A stretch of 16,376 nucleotides of DNA from Candidatus Iainarchaeum sp. (lineage in GTDB: Archaea; Iainarchaeota; Iainarchaeia; Iainarchaeales; GCA-2688035). The stretch is taken from assembly GCA_028713935.1 (NCBI GenBank), contig JAQTNI010000032.1:1-16376 (forward strand). The letters are read 5' to 3'. Positions within the stretch are counted from its first letter, which is position 1. Each line of letters begins with the position of its first letter. Under the pieces are notes generated by a model. It did no database searches and was not told the origin of the DNA. It worked only from the letters and a program-made list of their open reading frames with translations. Below, piece by piece: positions 1-8,402 of this stretch. Position numbers and translations under genes: made by a program.

Positions 1-976
1 TTACATTTGGCCAGACATAAAAAGCACCGCCAGGGAAATGGCATTTGAAGCCATCAATTTCATTCAATAATTTTACAATCAGGTCTCTTCTTTCCCTGAA
101 ACTTTTTGCCATTTTGATTGATTCTTCCTGCGAACCGTTTAATGCCTCGATTACTGCATATTGCGTTGGATGGTTTGCGCAGCTGTCAGTGTTTGTCATC
201 CATCTTGCAAACTGCGGCGCAAGAGCATGGTTTGCAGCATACCCAAGCCTCCAGCCAGTCATTGCATATGCCTTTGAACAGCAGTCAACAATGATTGTGC
301 GTTCAGGCATTCCTTCTATTGAGGCGATAGACTCGAATTTTGTGTCATGCACTATTGTTGAATAAACCTCATCCGAATAAACCCAGAAATCATTGTCCTT
401 TGCAAGGTCTGCAATTGCCCTTAATTCCTCTTTTTTCAATGTGCTTCCTGTCGGGTTCTGGGGAGAATTCACAATAAGCATTTTTGTTTTTTTTGTTATC
501 TTGCTTTTCAAATATTCAATGTCAAAAGCAAAACCGGTTTCTTCAAGCAATGGAATTGGCACTGGCTTTGCCCCATTAACAGCAATCTGGCTGCTGTAAA
601 TCGGAAAACCGGGATTTGGATAAAGAATTTCATTGCCCTTTCCATAATCAGTTGTGCATAAAACAGACCAGCCAATAAAGGGCTTTCCCCCGCATGCAAT
701 TGCAATGTCTTCAGGAAAAATTTTTATGTTTCTTGTCCTTGAAAACATTTTTGCGGCTGCTTCCCTAAGCTCGGGAATTCCAGCGCTCGCAGTATAACCA
801 GTTTTTCCGGCATTGATTGCCTTAATTGCGGCTTCTTTTATGTTTTGGGGAGTGTCAAAATCAGGCTGGCCAATGCAAAAACTTATTATGTTCTGGCCTT
901 TTTTAAGGCGCTCATTGACTTCTGCAAGGACTGTGAATGCATTTTCTGTTCCCAAATTAGAAGCCCTGTTTGACAA
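1..976 (-). CDS. Pyridoxal-phosphate-dependent aminotransferase, class I/II (aspartate-aminotransferase-like); C-terminus lies beyond the window edge
   Basis: Manual minus-strand translation gives ...SNRASNLGTENAFTVLAEVNERLKKGQNIISFCIGQPDFDTPQNIKEAA...LIVNSPQNPTG...DEVY...CCSKAYAMTGWRLGYAA...GGAFYVWPNV. NSPxNPTG and SKxxxMTGWRxGY (PLP lysine) are the class I aminotransferase signatures. It is not in the ORF track because there is no stop in the window. There is an in-frame TGA at 986-988, and the first plausible start is TTG at 976-974. The ATG at 1014 is in another frame and terminates after 7 codons. Confidence 0.9.
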   Translation of the reverse strand, partial: MSNRASNLGTENAFTVLAEVNERLKKGQNIISFCIGQPDFDTPQNIKEAAIKAINAGKTGYTASAGIPELREAAAKMFSRTRNIKIFPEDIAIACGGKPFIGWSVLCTTDYGKGNEILYPNPGFPIYSSQIAVNGAKPVPIPLLEETGFAFDIEYLKSKITKKTKMLIVNSPQNPTGSTLKKEELRAIADLAKDNDFWVYSDEVYSTIVHDTKFESIASIEGMPERTIIVDCCSKAYAMTGWRLGYAANHALAPQFARWMTNTDSCANHPTQYAVIEALNGSQEESIKMAKSFRERRDLIVKLLNEIDGFKCHFPGGAFYVWPNV

Positions 977-1105
977 GCCCGGTATTCAGATTACCCCGAT
1001 TCTTTTATGACCATAAAATAATATATATTTAACTGTTGCCAAAAAGAACAATTGTTTTTTTTTTGCCGGCAAAGATTTAATTAATAAGCCACTCCATAAT
1101 TTATT

Positions 1106-1429
1106 ATGCAAAAAAAAATCAGGTGCAAAAAACAGTTGGCTGTTTCAAAAGAAACAGCATTGAAAATCGCCCTTGCTGCTTCAGGAGGTTTTCTTGGCAC
1201 CTGGATAAGCGTGGCATTGAAAGAGGGGAATTGGCATATTTCGGCTTCTTCCAAAAGCGATGCCGCGCCTGTTTATTTTGTTGTTAATGGCAAAACAGCA
1301 AAACTTGTTTACAAAAACTTTAACACTGATGTTAAAAAAGTTCCAAAAAAATTTTTTGAAATTCCTGCAACAGAAGCATTCAATGTCAAGGAATCAGAAG
1401 GAAAAACAGTCTGGGAAAAAACTTCTTAA
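1106..1429 (+). CDS. Small hypothetical protein, possibly a PepSY-like fold
   Basis: 107-aa ORF in the gap between two minus-strand genes. An A/T-rich TATA-like box (atttaattaataa, 1073-1085) lies about 26 nt upstream of the ATG, suggesting a leaderless mRNA. The pattern VSKETALKIALAASGG...VALKEG...APVYFVVNGKTAKLVY loosely resembles PepSY domains (by eye only). Confidence 0.45.
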   Translation: MQKKIRCKKQLAVSKETALKIALAASGGFLGTWISVALKEGNWHISASSKSDAAPVYFVVNGKTAKLVYKNFNTDVKKVPKKFFEIPATEAFNVKESEGKTVWEKTS

Positions 1430-1434
1430 CCGTC

Positions 1435-2439
1435 TTATTGGATTCTTAATTTTTCAATTTCTTTTTCTGAAACCTGCTTCACAATTATTTTTTTCTTTTT
1501 TGATGGCAAAGCCCAGTATTCAACTTCGGCTTTTTCCTGCCTGCAGTCGGAATAGCGCAGTGTTAATTGCGCCGCTGCCTGCAAAGTGCTTTTTGTTTTT
1601 TTTCCCTGCAAAATTGCAACCGGGCTTCCAGTGTTCGGCACTTCAAATGCAATTTCATTTTTTTGCTTCAGCCCGAGCAATTGCGCGTTTTCTTCCTTGT
1701 TTCTTCCGACAATTATTTTGTTTTTTCCAATCCTGAAATGCCTGCCAATTTTGAGAATTGCAATGTCTTTAAGGGAAACTGTTTTTTTGTTTTTAAAAAG
1801 GTCCCTGATTTTTGCTGCAAATTCTTTATAGGTTAAAAGGCATCCTCCCGATGGGCAGGGAAAATCGTTTATGCCGAATTTTTTTGCAAGCTCAAACTGG
1901 GGTTTTCTTGTCCTGCCCTGCAGGCACAAAAGCTTGTTCCTGTCAACCCATTTTTTTTCCTCGGCTTCTGTTGGGGCCAATAGTTTTGCGGAAAGCGGCC
2001 TTAACAGTTTTCCTTCAAGGCCAGCTTCTTTTTCAATTTTTTTCAATGCCTGGAAATGCTGGCTCATTGGCCTCTGCCCAAGCACTTCTCCTGTGAACAA
2101 GAATTTTGCGCCTGTTTTTTTTGCAAATGACTTTGCCTCTTTTAAAATGAAAATCCTGCAGTCAATGCAGGGATTCATTGCGCTTCCATAACCGTGCTTT
2201 GGATTGCGCAATAGCTTAAGGTATTTTTCTCCCTTGGGAATAACCTTGGAGGCAATCCCGAGTTTTTTTGCTGTTTCAGCCGAATAGCATTTTCCTTTCT
2301 GGTTGCATAGGCAGAAAGGGCTTGTAAAAGTCAGTGCAATCACTTCAATGCCCTGGTCCTGCAAAAGTTTTACTGCAAGAGTTGAGTCCAGGCCTCCTGA
2401 CAGCAAGCCGATTGCCTTGATTTTTTGCACAGTAGCCAT
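1435..2439 (-). CDS. PP-loop ATP pyrophosphatase, ThiI/MnmA-like tRNA sulfurtransferase family
   Basis: N-terminal PP-loop IGLLSGGLDSTLAVKLL. Also NPCIDCRIF and FTGEVLGQRPMSQ...LLRPL, which resemble the ThiI C-terminal domain motifs (TGExLGQxxSQ, RPL). 334 aa, ATG start. Confidence 0.8.
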   Translation of the reverse strand: MATVQKIKAIGLLSGGLDSTLAVKLLQDQGIEVIALTFTSPFCLCNQKGKCYSAETAKKLGIASKVIPKGEKYLKLLRNPKHGYGSAMNPCIDCRIFILKEAKSFAKKTGAKFLFTGEVLGQRPMSQHFQALKKIEKEAGLEGKLLRPLSAKLLAPTEAEEKKWVDRNKLLCLQGRTRKPQFELAKKFGINDFPCPSGGCLLTYKEFAAKIRDLFKNKKTVSLKDIAILKIGRHFRIGKNKIIVGRNKEENAQLLGLKQKNEIAFEVPNTGSPVAILQGKKTKSTLQAAAQLTLRYSDCRQEKAEVEYWALPSKKKKIIVKQVSEKEIEKLRIQ

Positions 2440-2522
2440 ACTGCTTCTTTGTGCGCTTATTGTTTTTTAAATCCTTGTTTGCTTTTTTTGATTTGCCTAT
2501 TGTTTTGGCAGGGCTTTTTTTT

Positions 2523-3170
2523 ATGGATTTGTTTTCTTTTTTCTTTGATTTTTTATTGCATCTTGATGTTTATCTTGGCGCTATTCTGCAGGCTTTTGGG
2601 GTTTGGGCTTATGGAGTGCTTTTCCTGGTTGTTTTTTGTGAAACAGGTCTTGTTTTTCTGCCTTTCCTGCCTGGAGATTCCCTGCTTTTTGTTGCAGGCT
2701 CTTTTTCCGCAATTGGCTCTCTTGATGTCTGGCTGCTTTTTGCTGTTTTTTCAGTTGCCGCAATTCTTGGCGATACAGTGAATTATTGGCTTGGGTCTTT
2801 TTTTGGAAAAAAAATTTTTAAGGAAAAATTCTTTTTCCTGAAAAAAGAGCATTTTGAGGCAGCACAAAAATTTTATGAAAAGCACGGGGGAAAAACAATT
2901 ATTCTGGCACGCTTTTTGCCAATAGTAAGGACTTTTGCGCCTTTTGTAGCCGGAGTCGCACAAATGAAATATTGGCACTTTGCAACTTACAATGTCATTG
3001 GGGGGCTTCTCTGGGTTGCCTTGTTTGTGTTTGGAGGCTATTTTTTTGGAAACATGCCTTTTGTAAAGGAAAATTTTTCATTGGTGATTATTGCAATAAT
3101 ACTGGTTTCACTTTTGCCAGCAGCAATAGGATTGGTCAGGCACAAGCTCAGGAAACATAAACAAACCTGA
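2523..3170 (+). CDS. DedA / SNARE-associated family membrane protein
   Basis: FCETGLVFLPFLPGDSLLFVAG and IILARFLPIVRTFAPFVAGVAQMKYWHFATYNVIGGLLW are typical DedA motifs. The ORF track starts at 2451, but the ATG at 2523 (MDLFSFF...) gives the usual DedA N-terminus and leaves an 83-nt divergent promoter region. Confidence 0.85.
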   Translation: MDLFSFFFDFLLHLDVYLGAILQAFGVWAYGVLFLVVFCETGLVFLPFLPGDSLLFVAGSFSAIGSLDVWLLFAVFSVAAILGDTVNYWLGSFFGKKIFKEKFFFLKKEHFEAAQKFYEKHGGKTIILARFLPIVRTFAPFVAGVAQMKYWHFATYNVIGGLLWVALFVFGGYFFGNMPFVKENFSLVIIAIILVSLLPAAIGLVRHKLRKHKQT

Positions 3171-3247
3171 CAGTATCTTTTTTGAAACAGCTTGTTTTTA
3201 TATTTCAAAGCGCATTATCATATCATCAATTGGGAGGGGTGTTTTTA

Positions 3248-3862
3248 ATGCCAAAATTTGAATTGCCAATGCTGCCTTATGCTTATGATTCCTTGGAGCC
3301 ATTTATTGATGAGCAGACAATGCATATCCATCATGACAAGCACCATCAGGCTTATACTGACAAGCTGAATTCTGCTCTTGAAAAATATCCAAAGCTTTTT
3401 GAAAAAAAACCGGAAGAATTGCTTAAGGGGCTTTCAAAGCTCCCGAAAGAAATCAGGGAGCAGGTCCGCAATCATGGCGGTGGCTTTGTGAACCATTCTT
3501 TTTTCTGGCCATTGCTGAAAAAAGATGTTTCTTTTTCAGGGGAAATTGCACTTGCAATCAATGCAAGGTTTGGGAATTTTGAAAAATTCAAAGAGGATTT
3601 TTCAAAAGCAGCTTTAGGCCAGTTTGGCAGCGGCTGGGCATGGCTTGTTTTAAACAAGGGAAAGCTTGAAATTGTTTCAACTTCAAACCAGGATTCCCCT
3701 TTGAGCGAAGGAAAAATCCCGTTGCTGACCATCGATGTCTGGGAACACGCCTATTATCTCAAGTACCAGAACAAGAGAGCGGATTATGTTTCAGCTTTTT
3801 TTAATGTAATCAATTGGGAACAGGTTAACTCTAATTTTTTGAATGCAAAAAACAAAAAGTAA
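3248..3862 (+). CDS. sod: Fe/Mn superoxide dismutase
   Basis: MPKFELPMLPYAYDSLEPFIDEQTMHIHHDKHHQAY... and the C-terminal signature DVWEHAYYLKYQNKRADYV. A strong SD (GGGAGGGGTG, 3232-3241) precedes the ATG at 3248. The TTG at 3182 given in the ORF track adds a non-homologous 22-aa extension. Confidence 0.95.
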   Translation: MPKFELPMLPYAYDSLEPFIDEQTMHIHHDKHHQAYTDKLNSALEKYPKLFEKKPEELLKGLSKLPKEIREQVRNHGGGFVNHSFFWPLLKKDVSFSGEIALAINARFGNFEKFKEDFSKAALGQFGSGWAWLVLNKGKLEIVSTSNQDSPLSEGKIPLLTIDVWEHAYYLKYQNKRADYVSAFFNVINWEQVNSNFLNAKNKK

Positions 3863-3934
3863 AATAGTTTTCCAGTCCCAATCCCTATTTTGAATTCAAT
3901 TTTGCCACGCTTATGTGTGTTTAAAAAAGTAAAA

Positions 3935-4180
3935 CGCAGGGACAGGGATTTGAACCCTGGCTCCCTTTCGGGAACGAGCTAGCTACTGCCCTTTTCTTTT
4001 TCTTTAGGAAAGAAAAAGAAAAGTGTAAGTTGCCCAAAAGAAAAAGAAAAAAATTCCTTTTCATGCGGGCAAAGTGAACTACAAAATTGCAAAGCAATTT
4101 TGTTTCTTTCCCAAGGCTTTCTTTGCTCTGCAAAGAAAGGCTTTAGCAGGCTCGCGCGTTAACCACTCCGCCATCCCTGC
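3935..4180 (-). tRNA. tRNA-Ser(GCU): tRNA-Ser (anticodon GCU), class II, interrupted by a 163-nt intron at the canonical 37/38 position; CCA not encoded
   Basis: Hand-folded from the reverse complement. Acceptor GCAGGGA/TCCCTGC. D arm GCG-GAGTGGTTAA-CGC. Anticodon stem CGAGC/GCTCG with loop CTGCTA|A. Long variable arm TTCCCGAAAGGGAGC. T arm CAGGG-TTCAAAT-CCCTG. Discriminator G. An A/T-rich box lies about 20-30 nt upstream (4200-4212). Confidence 0.9.
3981..4143 (-). other. tRNA-Ser intron (163 nt, junction ambiguous by 1 nt)
   Basis: This is the sequence between A37 and A38 of the folded tRNA. A UAGC segment complementary to anticodon+37 sits next to the 3' junction, as expected for a bulge-helix-bulge substrate. 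The intron contains a perfect 15-bp polypyrimidine/polypurine hairpin (3991-4023) and the repeat module at 4083-4142. Confidence 0.8.
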
Positions 4181-4253
4181 ATGTTATAGTGGCGCTAATT
4201 ATTTTTTTTAAGCAACTAATTTTAATGCTTTGTGGGAAGCAAAAGAGGGGGTT

Positions 4254-6275
4254 TTATTTGAATGCTGCGTTTTTGTCCCAGCATTCTGTGTTTAGCTTGG
4301 TGTCAGGAATCATGTCGCAGATGAACAGGTTGTTGCTGGTTATTGCGTAGTTTTTGTAGCAGAGCCAGTCAAGGCGGTAATCGCTGTAGCTGAATGCATA
4401 GTTGGGGTTGAAGATTTGGCAGGTTTGCGTGCTTTGCAGGTTTACTGCAGTGTCGAAGACGCAGTTTATCCTTGTGTACTGGTTTTCTATTCTGATGCAG
4501 AGGCTTGCGTCGTTGTTTGCCGTTGCAATGCCTTCAAAGCAGGAATCCCAGTTTGTGTAGTCCGTGAGCAGTATTTTTTCGCAAATTGAAGGGTCTTTTT
4601 TTTGTATTCCTATTATTGAATAGCAATTGTCTTTGAGGATTATGCTGTTAATTTTTTCGCAGTATTGTATTTTGCCAGTTGCCCCTGCAAGGTTTTTTTC
4701 GCAGGCATCCTTGTCCTGGGTAAAGGTCATTTCATTGCAAATTGCCTCGTTGCTGTTTGAGTCAAGCAGGCCTGCAAGAGAGTTAAGGCAGCTTCTTTTT
4801 GAATTTGAATCTGAAATCTGCCTGCATAACAGGTAGTTTTTGCTGTCTATTGCTATTTGTTCAATGCATATGTTCCTGTTTGAATCCGAAGGCAATTGCA
4901 GGCAGTCATTGATCGTTGCCGGTTCTGAAGCTATTGTTGCAAGGCATTGTTCTTTTTTTGTCCTTGAAATGAATTTTTGGCATATTTCTGGGGCTTTTGT
5001 GGAGGAAAAAATTCCCCAATAACAGTCGTCCCTTACGTAATGGTCAGTTGAATAGGATGCGCTCATCATTGCGCAGGCGCTTGTGTCTTTTTTTGCTGTT
5101 GCAACTGCCTGCAGGCAGGAGTCCCTTTCCTGGATTATTTTCTGGCTTGACTGGCTTATTCCTGCACATGCCTGTGCGTCGGAATTTTCAATTCCAATTG
5201 CATAATAGCACGAATTTTTTATTTCTTCGGAAGAAATTTTTTTGCAGGTCAATGGGTTTTCCTGGGCTTTTGCTGTTTCGTTTATGCAGTTGTCTTTTGA
5301 AAGCACTGCAAGTTTGCTGCAGAGTTCAGGATTTTTGTCTTCTATTGCTTTTTCCTGGTAACAAGCATCCTTTTGCAGTGGGCCTGTTTTTTCATTGCAG
5401 TTGTCTTGGCCCTGTGAATTATCGTCCTGGTTTGCTGGCCAGTTAAAATCAGGCGCTGAAGAAGTTTGCCTTGCCAAGGCATCAAGCCCTAAGAGGTTAT
5501 AGGCCGCAGCTGTTTTGTTTTTGGTATTGTTTTGCGCTGAACTGTAATTTGATTTTAATTGGATAATGTATTTTTCCATGTATCCTGTGCATTCGCTTTT
5601 TATTGCTTCTTTTTGGTTTTCAATTGTCTGCAAAAGGTCTTGGCTGAACTGGTTTGTGTCTTTGTTTGCGTTTGTGTCGCATAAGGCGTAAATTCCGCTG
5701 AAGCTGCTTGTCAGCAGTGTTTTTGCTGCCTGGAAATCGCTTTCAAAATTCTGGAATGTTTCCTGTGCGCTGCCAAACTTGTTTTTGTCAATTGAATTTA
5801 TTTTTTGCTGCATCAGGATTGTGCCATAAAACAGTTCAAGGCTTGCAGCCATTGAAACAAATGTTGAGCCTGTTGCCTTGGCATTTGCCTGGTCAATTTC
5901 CTGTATTGTTGTGGCCGAATTCAGGTCTGTGCCTGCAGCAACTGATTCGCCTTTGAGCCAGTTCACTATTCCAAGAAACTGGCCATAGGATTCTTTTTGG
6001 GTTTCCAATAAAAAAAGCTCTTTTTGTTTTTCAAGTTTTTTGCCTTGGTCTGTTTCCGCTGCAATCTCCGCCTGTTTTGAGGCTATTTGCGTTGCCATTA
6101 AATTGCTTGTTCCTGAATCCAAAATTTTTTCATAATAATCTGATATTGTTGAATGGAGTTTTTTGGATTGTGTCTGGATTTTGTATTCCTCCAAAGGGTC
6201 AGGAACAGGGCTTGTGCATCCAGCAAAAAAAATTGCAATCAGAATAAGCATTGCCAGCAATAAGGCTTTTTTCAT
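4254..6275 (-). CDS. Putative lipoprotein / surface protein with helical N-terminal half and about 13 tandem Cys-pair repeats
   Basis: The N-terminus MKKALLLAMLILIAIFFAGC is a signal peptide plus lipobox-like AGC. From about aa 299 (coordinates 4257-5399) there are repeats of 26-31 aa with the pattern C-x13-15-C-x10-16, e.g. CYYAIGIENSDAQACAGIS..., CYSIIGIQKKDPSICEKIL..., CFEGIATANNDASLCIRIE.... The ATG at 6275 is preferred over the TTG at 6293. Confidence 0.75.
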   Translation of the reverse strand: MKKALLLAMLILIAIFFAGCTSPVPDPLEEYKIQTQSKKLHSTISDYYEKILDSGTSNLMATQIASKQAEIAAETDQGKKLEKQKELFLLETQKESYGQFLGIVNWLKGESVAAGTDLNSATTIQEIDQANAKATGSTFVSMAASLELFYGTILMQQKINSIDKNKFGSAQETFQNFESDFQAAKTLLTSSFSGIYALCDTNANKDTNQFSQDLLQTIENQKEAIKSECTGYMEKYIIQLKSNYSSAQNNTKNKTAAAYNLLGLDALARQTSSAPDFNWPANQDDNSQGQDNCNEKTGPLQKDACYQEKAIEDKNPELCSKLAVLSKDNCINETAKAQENPLTCKKISSEEIKNSCYYAIGIENSDAQACAGISQSSQKIIQERDSCLQAVATAKKDTSACAMMSASYSTDHYVRDDCYWGIFSSTKAPEICQKFISRTKKEQCLATIASEPATINDCLQLPSDSNRNICIEQIAIDSKNYLLCRQISDSNSKRSCLNSLAGLLDSNSNEAICNEMTFTQDKDACEKNLAGATGKIQYCEKINSIILKDNCYSIIGIQKKDPSICEKILLTDYTNWDSCFEGIATANNDASLCIRIENQYTRINCVFDTAVNLQSTQTCQIFNPNYAFSYSDYRLDWLCYKNYAITSNNLFICDMIPDTKLNTECWDKNAAFK

Positions 6276-6314
6276 GGGATATAAAAGAAACAAACTAGTA
6301 TAAAAAATTGCTTT

Positions 6315-7670
6315 TCAGTGGGTTTGCACTGAAAAAATTGTTTTCAGGAAAATATCGTCTATTTTTTGGAATTCATTGGAAGGCGAAGTGAATGCAATTG
6401 AATAAACATTGTTTTTGTGCATTATGAAAAGCGCTTTTGTAATGGATTTTTGCCCCGAGTTTTCTTCTGAATATTCAAGGAAAATATTGTTGCTTGTTTC
6501 CTTTCGAAGCAAAATTTTTGAGCCTTTTTTTGACTGGATTTTTGCTATTTTTGAGGAAACAAATTTTTGAATTGCCTGGTTAAATGCCTCTGTTTTTGAC
6601 AATTCAAACCTGAACTGGCCTTGTGCAACAGCAAGAAGGGAATCAGGGGATTTTTCCCTGCTTTCAGGCCAGTCGGGATAAACAAGCGAAATGTCCCCAT
6701 CCTTGTATTGCTTTGTGTTTTTTTCAGGGCTTATTACAGGGCCTTCTTCGCTTTGTTCTTGCTCTTCTGTTTCTTCAGGCTGAGAAGACTCTTCTACTGA
6801 TTCTTCAGCAAGGTCAATTTCTTCAAGGCCTTCTTTCTTATTTTCCTCTTCAAGGGCATCTTCGCCTTCCTCAAATTTTTCTTCAAGATTGCCTTCTGTT
6901 TTTTCAGGCTCTTCAGGAGGCTCGCCCGCAAGTTCTCTTTGCCGTTTTTCCCAGTCAAGCACTTCTTTTCCGCCGGATTCTTCTGAATCTTCTTTTTTTT
7001 CTTCCGGCTCTGGCTCTTCAGGCTCTGGAATTTCTTGCTTTTCAGGCTGTCCTTCAATTGCCTCTTCTTTCTGCTCTTCTGCTTCCTCTTTTTCCTTTTC
7101 CAGTGCCTTTCTCAGCTCTTCGGTTACTTCAGCAATTTTTTTGTTTTTTGCAAGCTGTTTCTTTGCTTCCTTTTTGCTGCCGGCTGGTTTCAAAACAATT
7201 TTCTTGGCTTTTTTTTCTTTTGCCTTGGAAATTTTTTTCACTGCACTGCCCAGGGGCTTTTTTTCTTTTTGCAGAGTTGCAGTGCCGGCCATTTTTTTTA
7301 TGCCATAAAGCTCGGCAGTGTCTGATTTAAGGCGGGAGTTAATGAGGTCAATTTCTTTTTTTATTGCCTCTTGTTTTTCCTTGATATGCTTCGCGGCTTC
7401 TTTTTTCTTTTCATATTCCAGCTGTTTTTTCTGCAGGTTTCCAATCCTCTGCCTTAAGCGCGCTTCTTTTTCCGCGGTTGTTTGTTTTGCAAAAGAAACC
7501 TTTGTTTCCTCAAGAACAATCATTTTTGCAAGCAAAACAGTGAGCTTTTTTTCAAGCTTCATTTCTTTCCTGATCAGGTCAGTTGCCTTTTTTTCGCCTG
7601 CAATAATCTCCTTTGACAACAAGGCAATGTCTTTTTTCAGCAAGTTTTCAGGATGTTCAGGCTTATGCAT
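6315..7670 (-). CDS. Coiled-coil, Lys/Glu-rich protein with acidic linker and C-terminal globular domain (PsbP/Mog1-like by eye)
   Basis: Long ORF with heptad-like K/E/L-rich N-terminal half, a PEEPEPEE acidic low-complexity centre, and a C-terminal roughly 130-aa domain (ISLVYPDWPE...FLEYSEE...ALFIMHKNNVYSIAFTSPSNEF...). The ATG at 7670 lies 1 nt after the upstream gene's TGA (7672-7674). The alternative ATG at 7697 would overlap that gene by 26 nt. Confidence 0.65.
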   Translation of the reverse strand: MHKPEHPENLLKKDIALLSKEIIAGEKKATDLIRKEMKLEKKLTVLLAKMIVLEETKVSFAKQTTAEKEARLRQRIGNLQKKQLEYEKKKEAAKHIKEKQEAIKKEIDLINSRLKSDTAELYGIKKMAGTATLQKEKKPLGSAVKKISKAKEKKAKKIVLKPAGSKKEAKKQLAKNKKIAEVTEELRKALEKEKEEAEEQKEEAIEGQPEKQEIPEPEEPEPEEKKEDSEESGGKEVLDWEKRQRELAGEPPEEPEKTEGNLEEKFEEGEDALEEENKKEGLEEIDLAEESVEESSQPEETEEQEQSEEGPVISPEKNTKQYKDGDISLVYPDWPESREKSPDSLLAVAQGQFRFELSKTEAFNQAIQKFVSSKIAKIQSKKGSKILLRKETSNNIFLEYSEENSGQKSITKALFIMHKNNVYSIAFTSPSNEFQKIDDIFLKTIFSVQTH

Positions 7671-7671
7671 T

Positions 7672-8157
7672 TCAACCCCATTCCTTTGACTGCACATTAA
7701 GTCTTTCCAATTGTTTTTTCAGGAAAGCCTGGCGTTTTTTTGCTTCAAGAATCCTGATTTTTTTTTCGTCATAAATTCTTGTTATTCTTTGCAGGCAAGA
7801 AATCCTCGCCTTCAAGGCGGATTCCTCTTTTTTGGAAGAATCGGTTATCTGTTCAAGGGCTTTTTTTTCACTTGAAAAACTGCTTGCCAGGAGGCTGTTA
7901 AGCCTGTCCTCCAATTCCATTTTTCTCTGGATTTTGCCCTTAAGAAAATTTTCGTTCCCAATTATAAGCTCTCTTGTTTCCCTGATTTTTGCAGACAATG
8001 CAGCTGACTGCTCTCCAAGCTTCTTAATCGCCTTATCTGCTTTTTTGATTTTTAAAAGCTCCCTGGAAGACAATTTTTTGGATTTTTCCAGGGTTTTTGC
8101 AATTTTCTTAATCCCTTTTTTTGCTTTGGATTTTGGTTTCAGTTTTTTCTTTGCCAC
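7672..8157 (-). CDS. Lys-rich coiled-coil hypothetical protein
   Basis: 161-aa ORF with GTG start, basic N-terminus MAKKKLKPKSKAKKGIKK, the remainder predicted helical/coiled coil. It abuts the next gene on the same strand, giving an operon-like arrangement. Confidence 0.6.
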   Translation of the reverse strand: MAKKKLKPKSKAKKGIKKIAKTLEKSKKLSSRELLKIKKADKAIKKLGEQSAALSAKIRETRELIIGNENFLKGKIQRKMELEDRLNSLLASSFSSEKKALEQITDSSKKEESALKARISCLQRITRIYDEKKIRILEAKKRQAFLKKQLERLNVQSKEWG

Positions 8158-8360
8158 AATATCACTCTGCTCTTTTTTTGCAGTATAACTAATAACCTTT
8201 CACAAATATAAAAAGCTTTTGGTGGCCTTTTGCAAATCCGGTCTGCAAGCCAGAAATTGTTTATAAACTTTGCCAAATAAAAGCGTAATTTGTTTAAAAG
8301 CAAAAAAAGGCTTTTTTTGCCTTCCGAAACCTGTTTAATAGCTTGCGGTTAATAAATTAA

Positions 8361-8380
8361 AAGGCAACAATGGTTGCCTT
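8361..8380 (+). promoter_or_regulatory. Perfect 8-bp hairpin (AAGGCAAC-aatg-GTTGCCTT) 10 nt upstream of the SD of the Cys-rich peptide gene
   Basis: The inverted repeat is read directly from the sequence. The ORF-track start ATG (8370) sits in its loop. The SD GGAGGT is at 8390-8395 and the ATG at 8403. Confidence 0.3.
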
Positions 8381-8402
8381 ATCCGAAAAGGAGGTAAAAA
8401 TT

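Noticed and set aside
45-1010. Plus-strand ORFs 45-365, 393-599 and 813-1010, and minus-strand ORF 508-705
   Set aside because: They are antisense to, or out of frame with, the clearly homologous aminotransferase reading frame on the minus strand. Their products are Phe/Leu/Ser-rich with no motifs.
1260-2191. Plus-strand ORFs overlapping the PP-loop ATPase gene (1260-1736, 1567-1836, 1586-1831, 1812-2096, 1871-2191)
   Set aside because: They are antisense shadows of a Lys/Glu-rich gene. Their translations are Phe/Leu/Cys-rich low-complexity strings.
2451-3247. Upstream start codons given by the ORF track for DedA (2451) and SOD (TTG 3182)
   Set aside because: The extensions add non-homologous hydrophobic residues. 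Internal ATGs at 2523 and 3248 give canonical family N-termini, and 3248 has a strong SD.
3921-4133. 70-aa minus-strand ORF
   Set aside because: It lies entirely within tRNA-Ser and its intron. The translation runs through the T arm and is low complexity.
6623-8188. Many plus-strand ORFs (6623-7330, 6889-7308, 7035-7325, 7318-7689, 7832-8188) and minus-strand ORF 6794-7057
   Set aside because: They are antisense or off-frame shadows of the two K/E-rich coiled-coil genes. AAG/GAA-rich coding DNA keeps the opposite strand open, giving F/L/S-rich pseudo-proteins.
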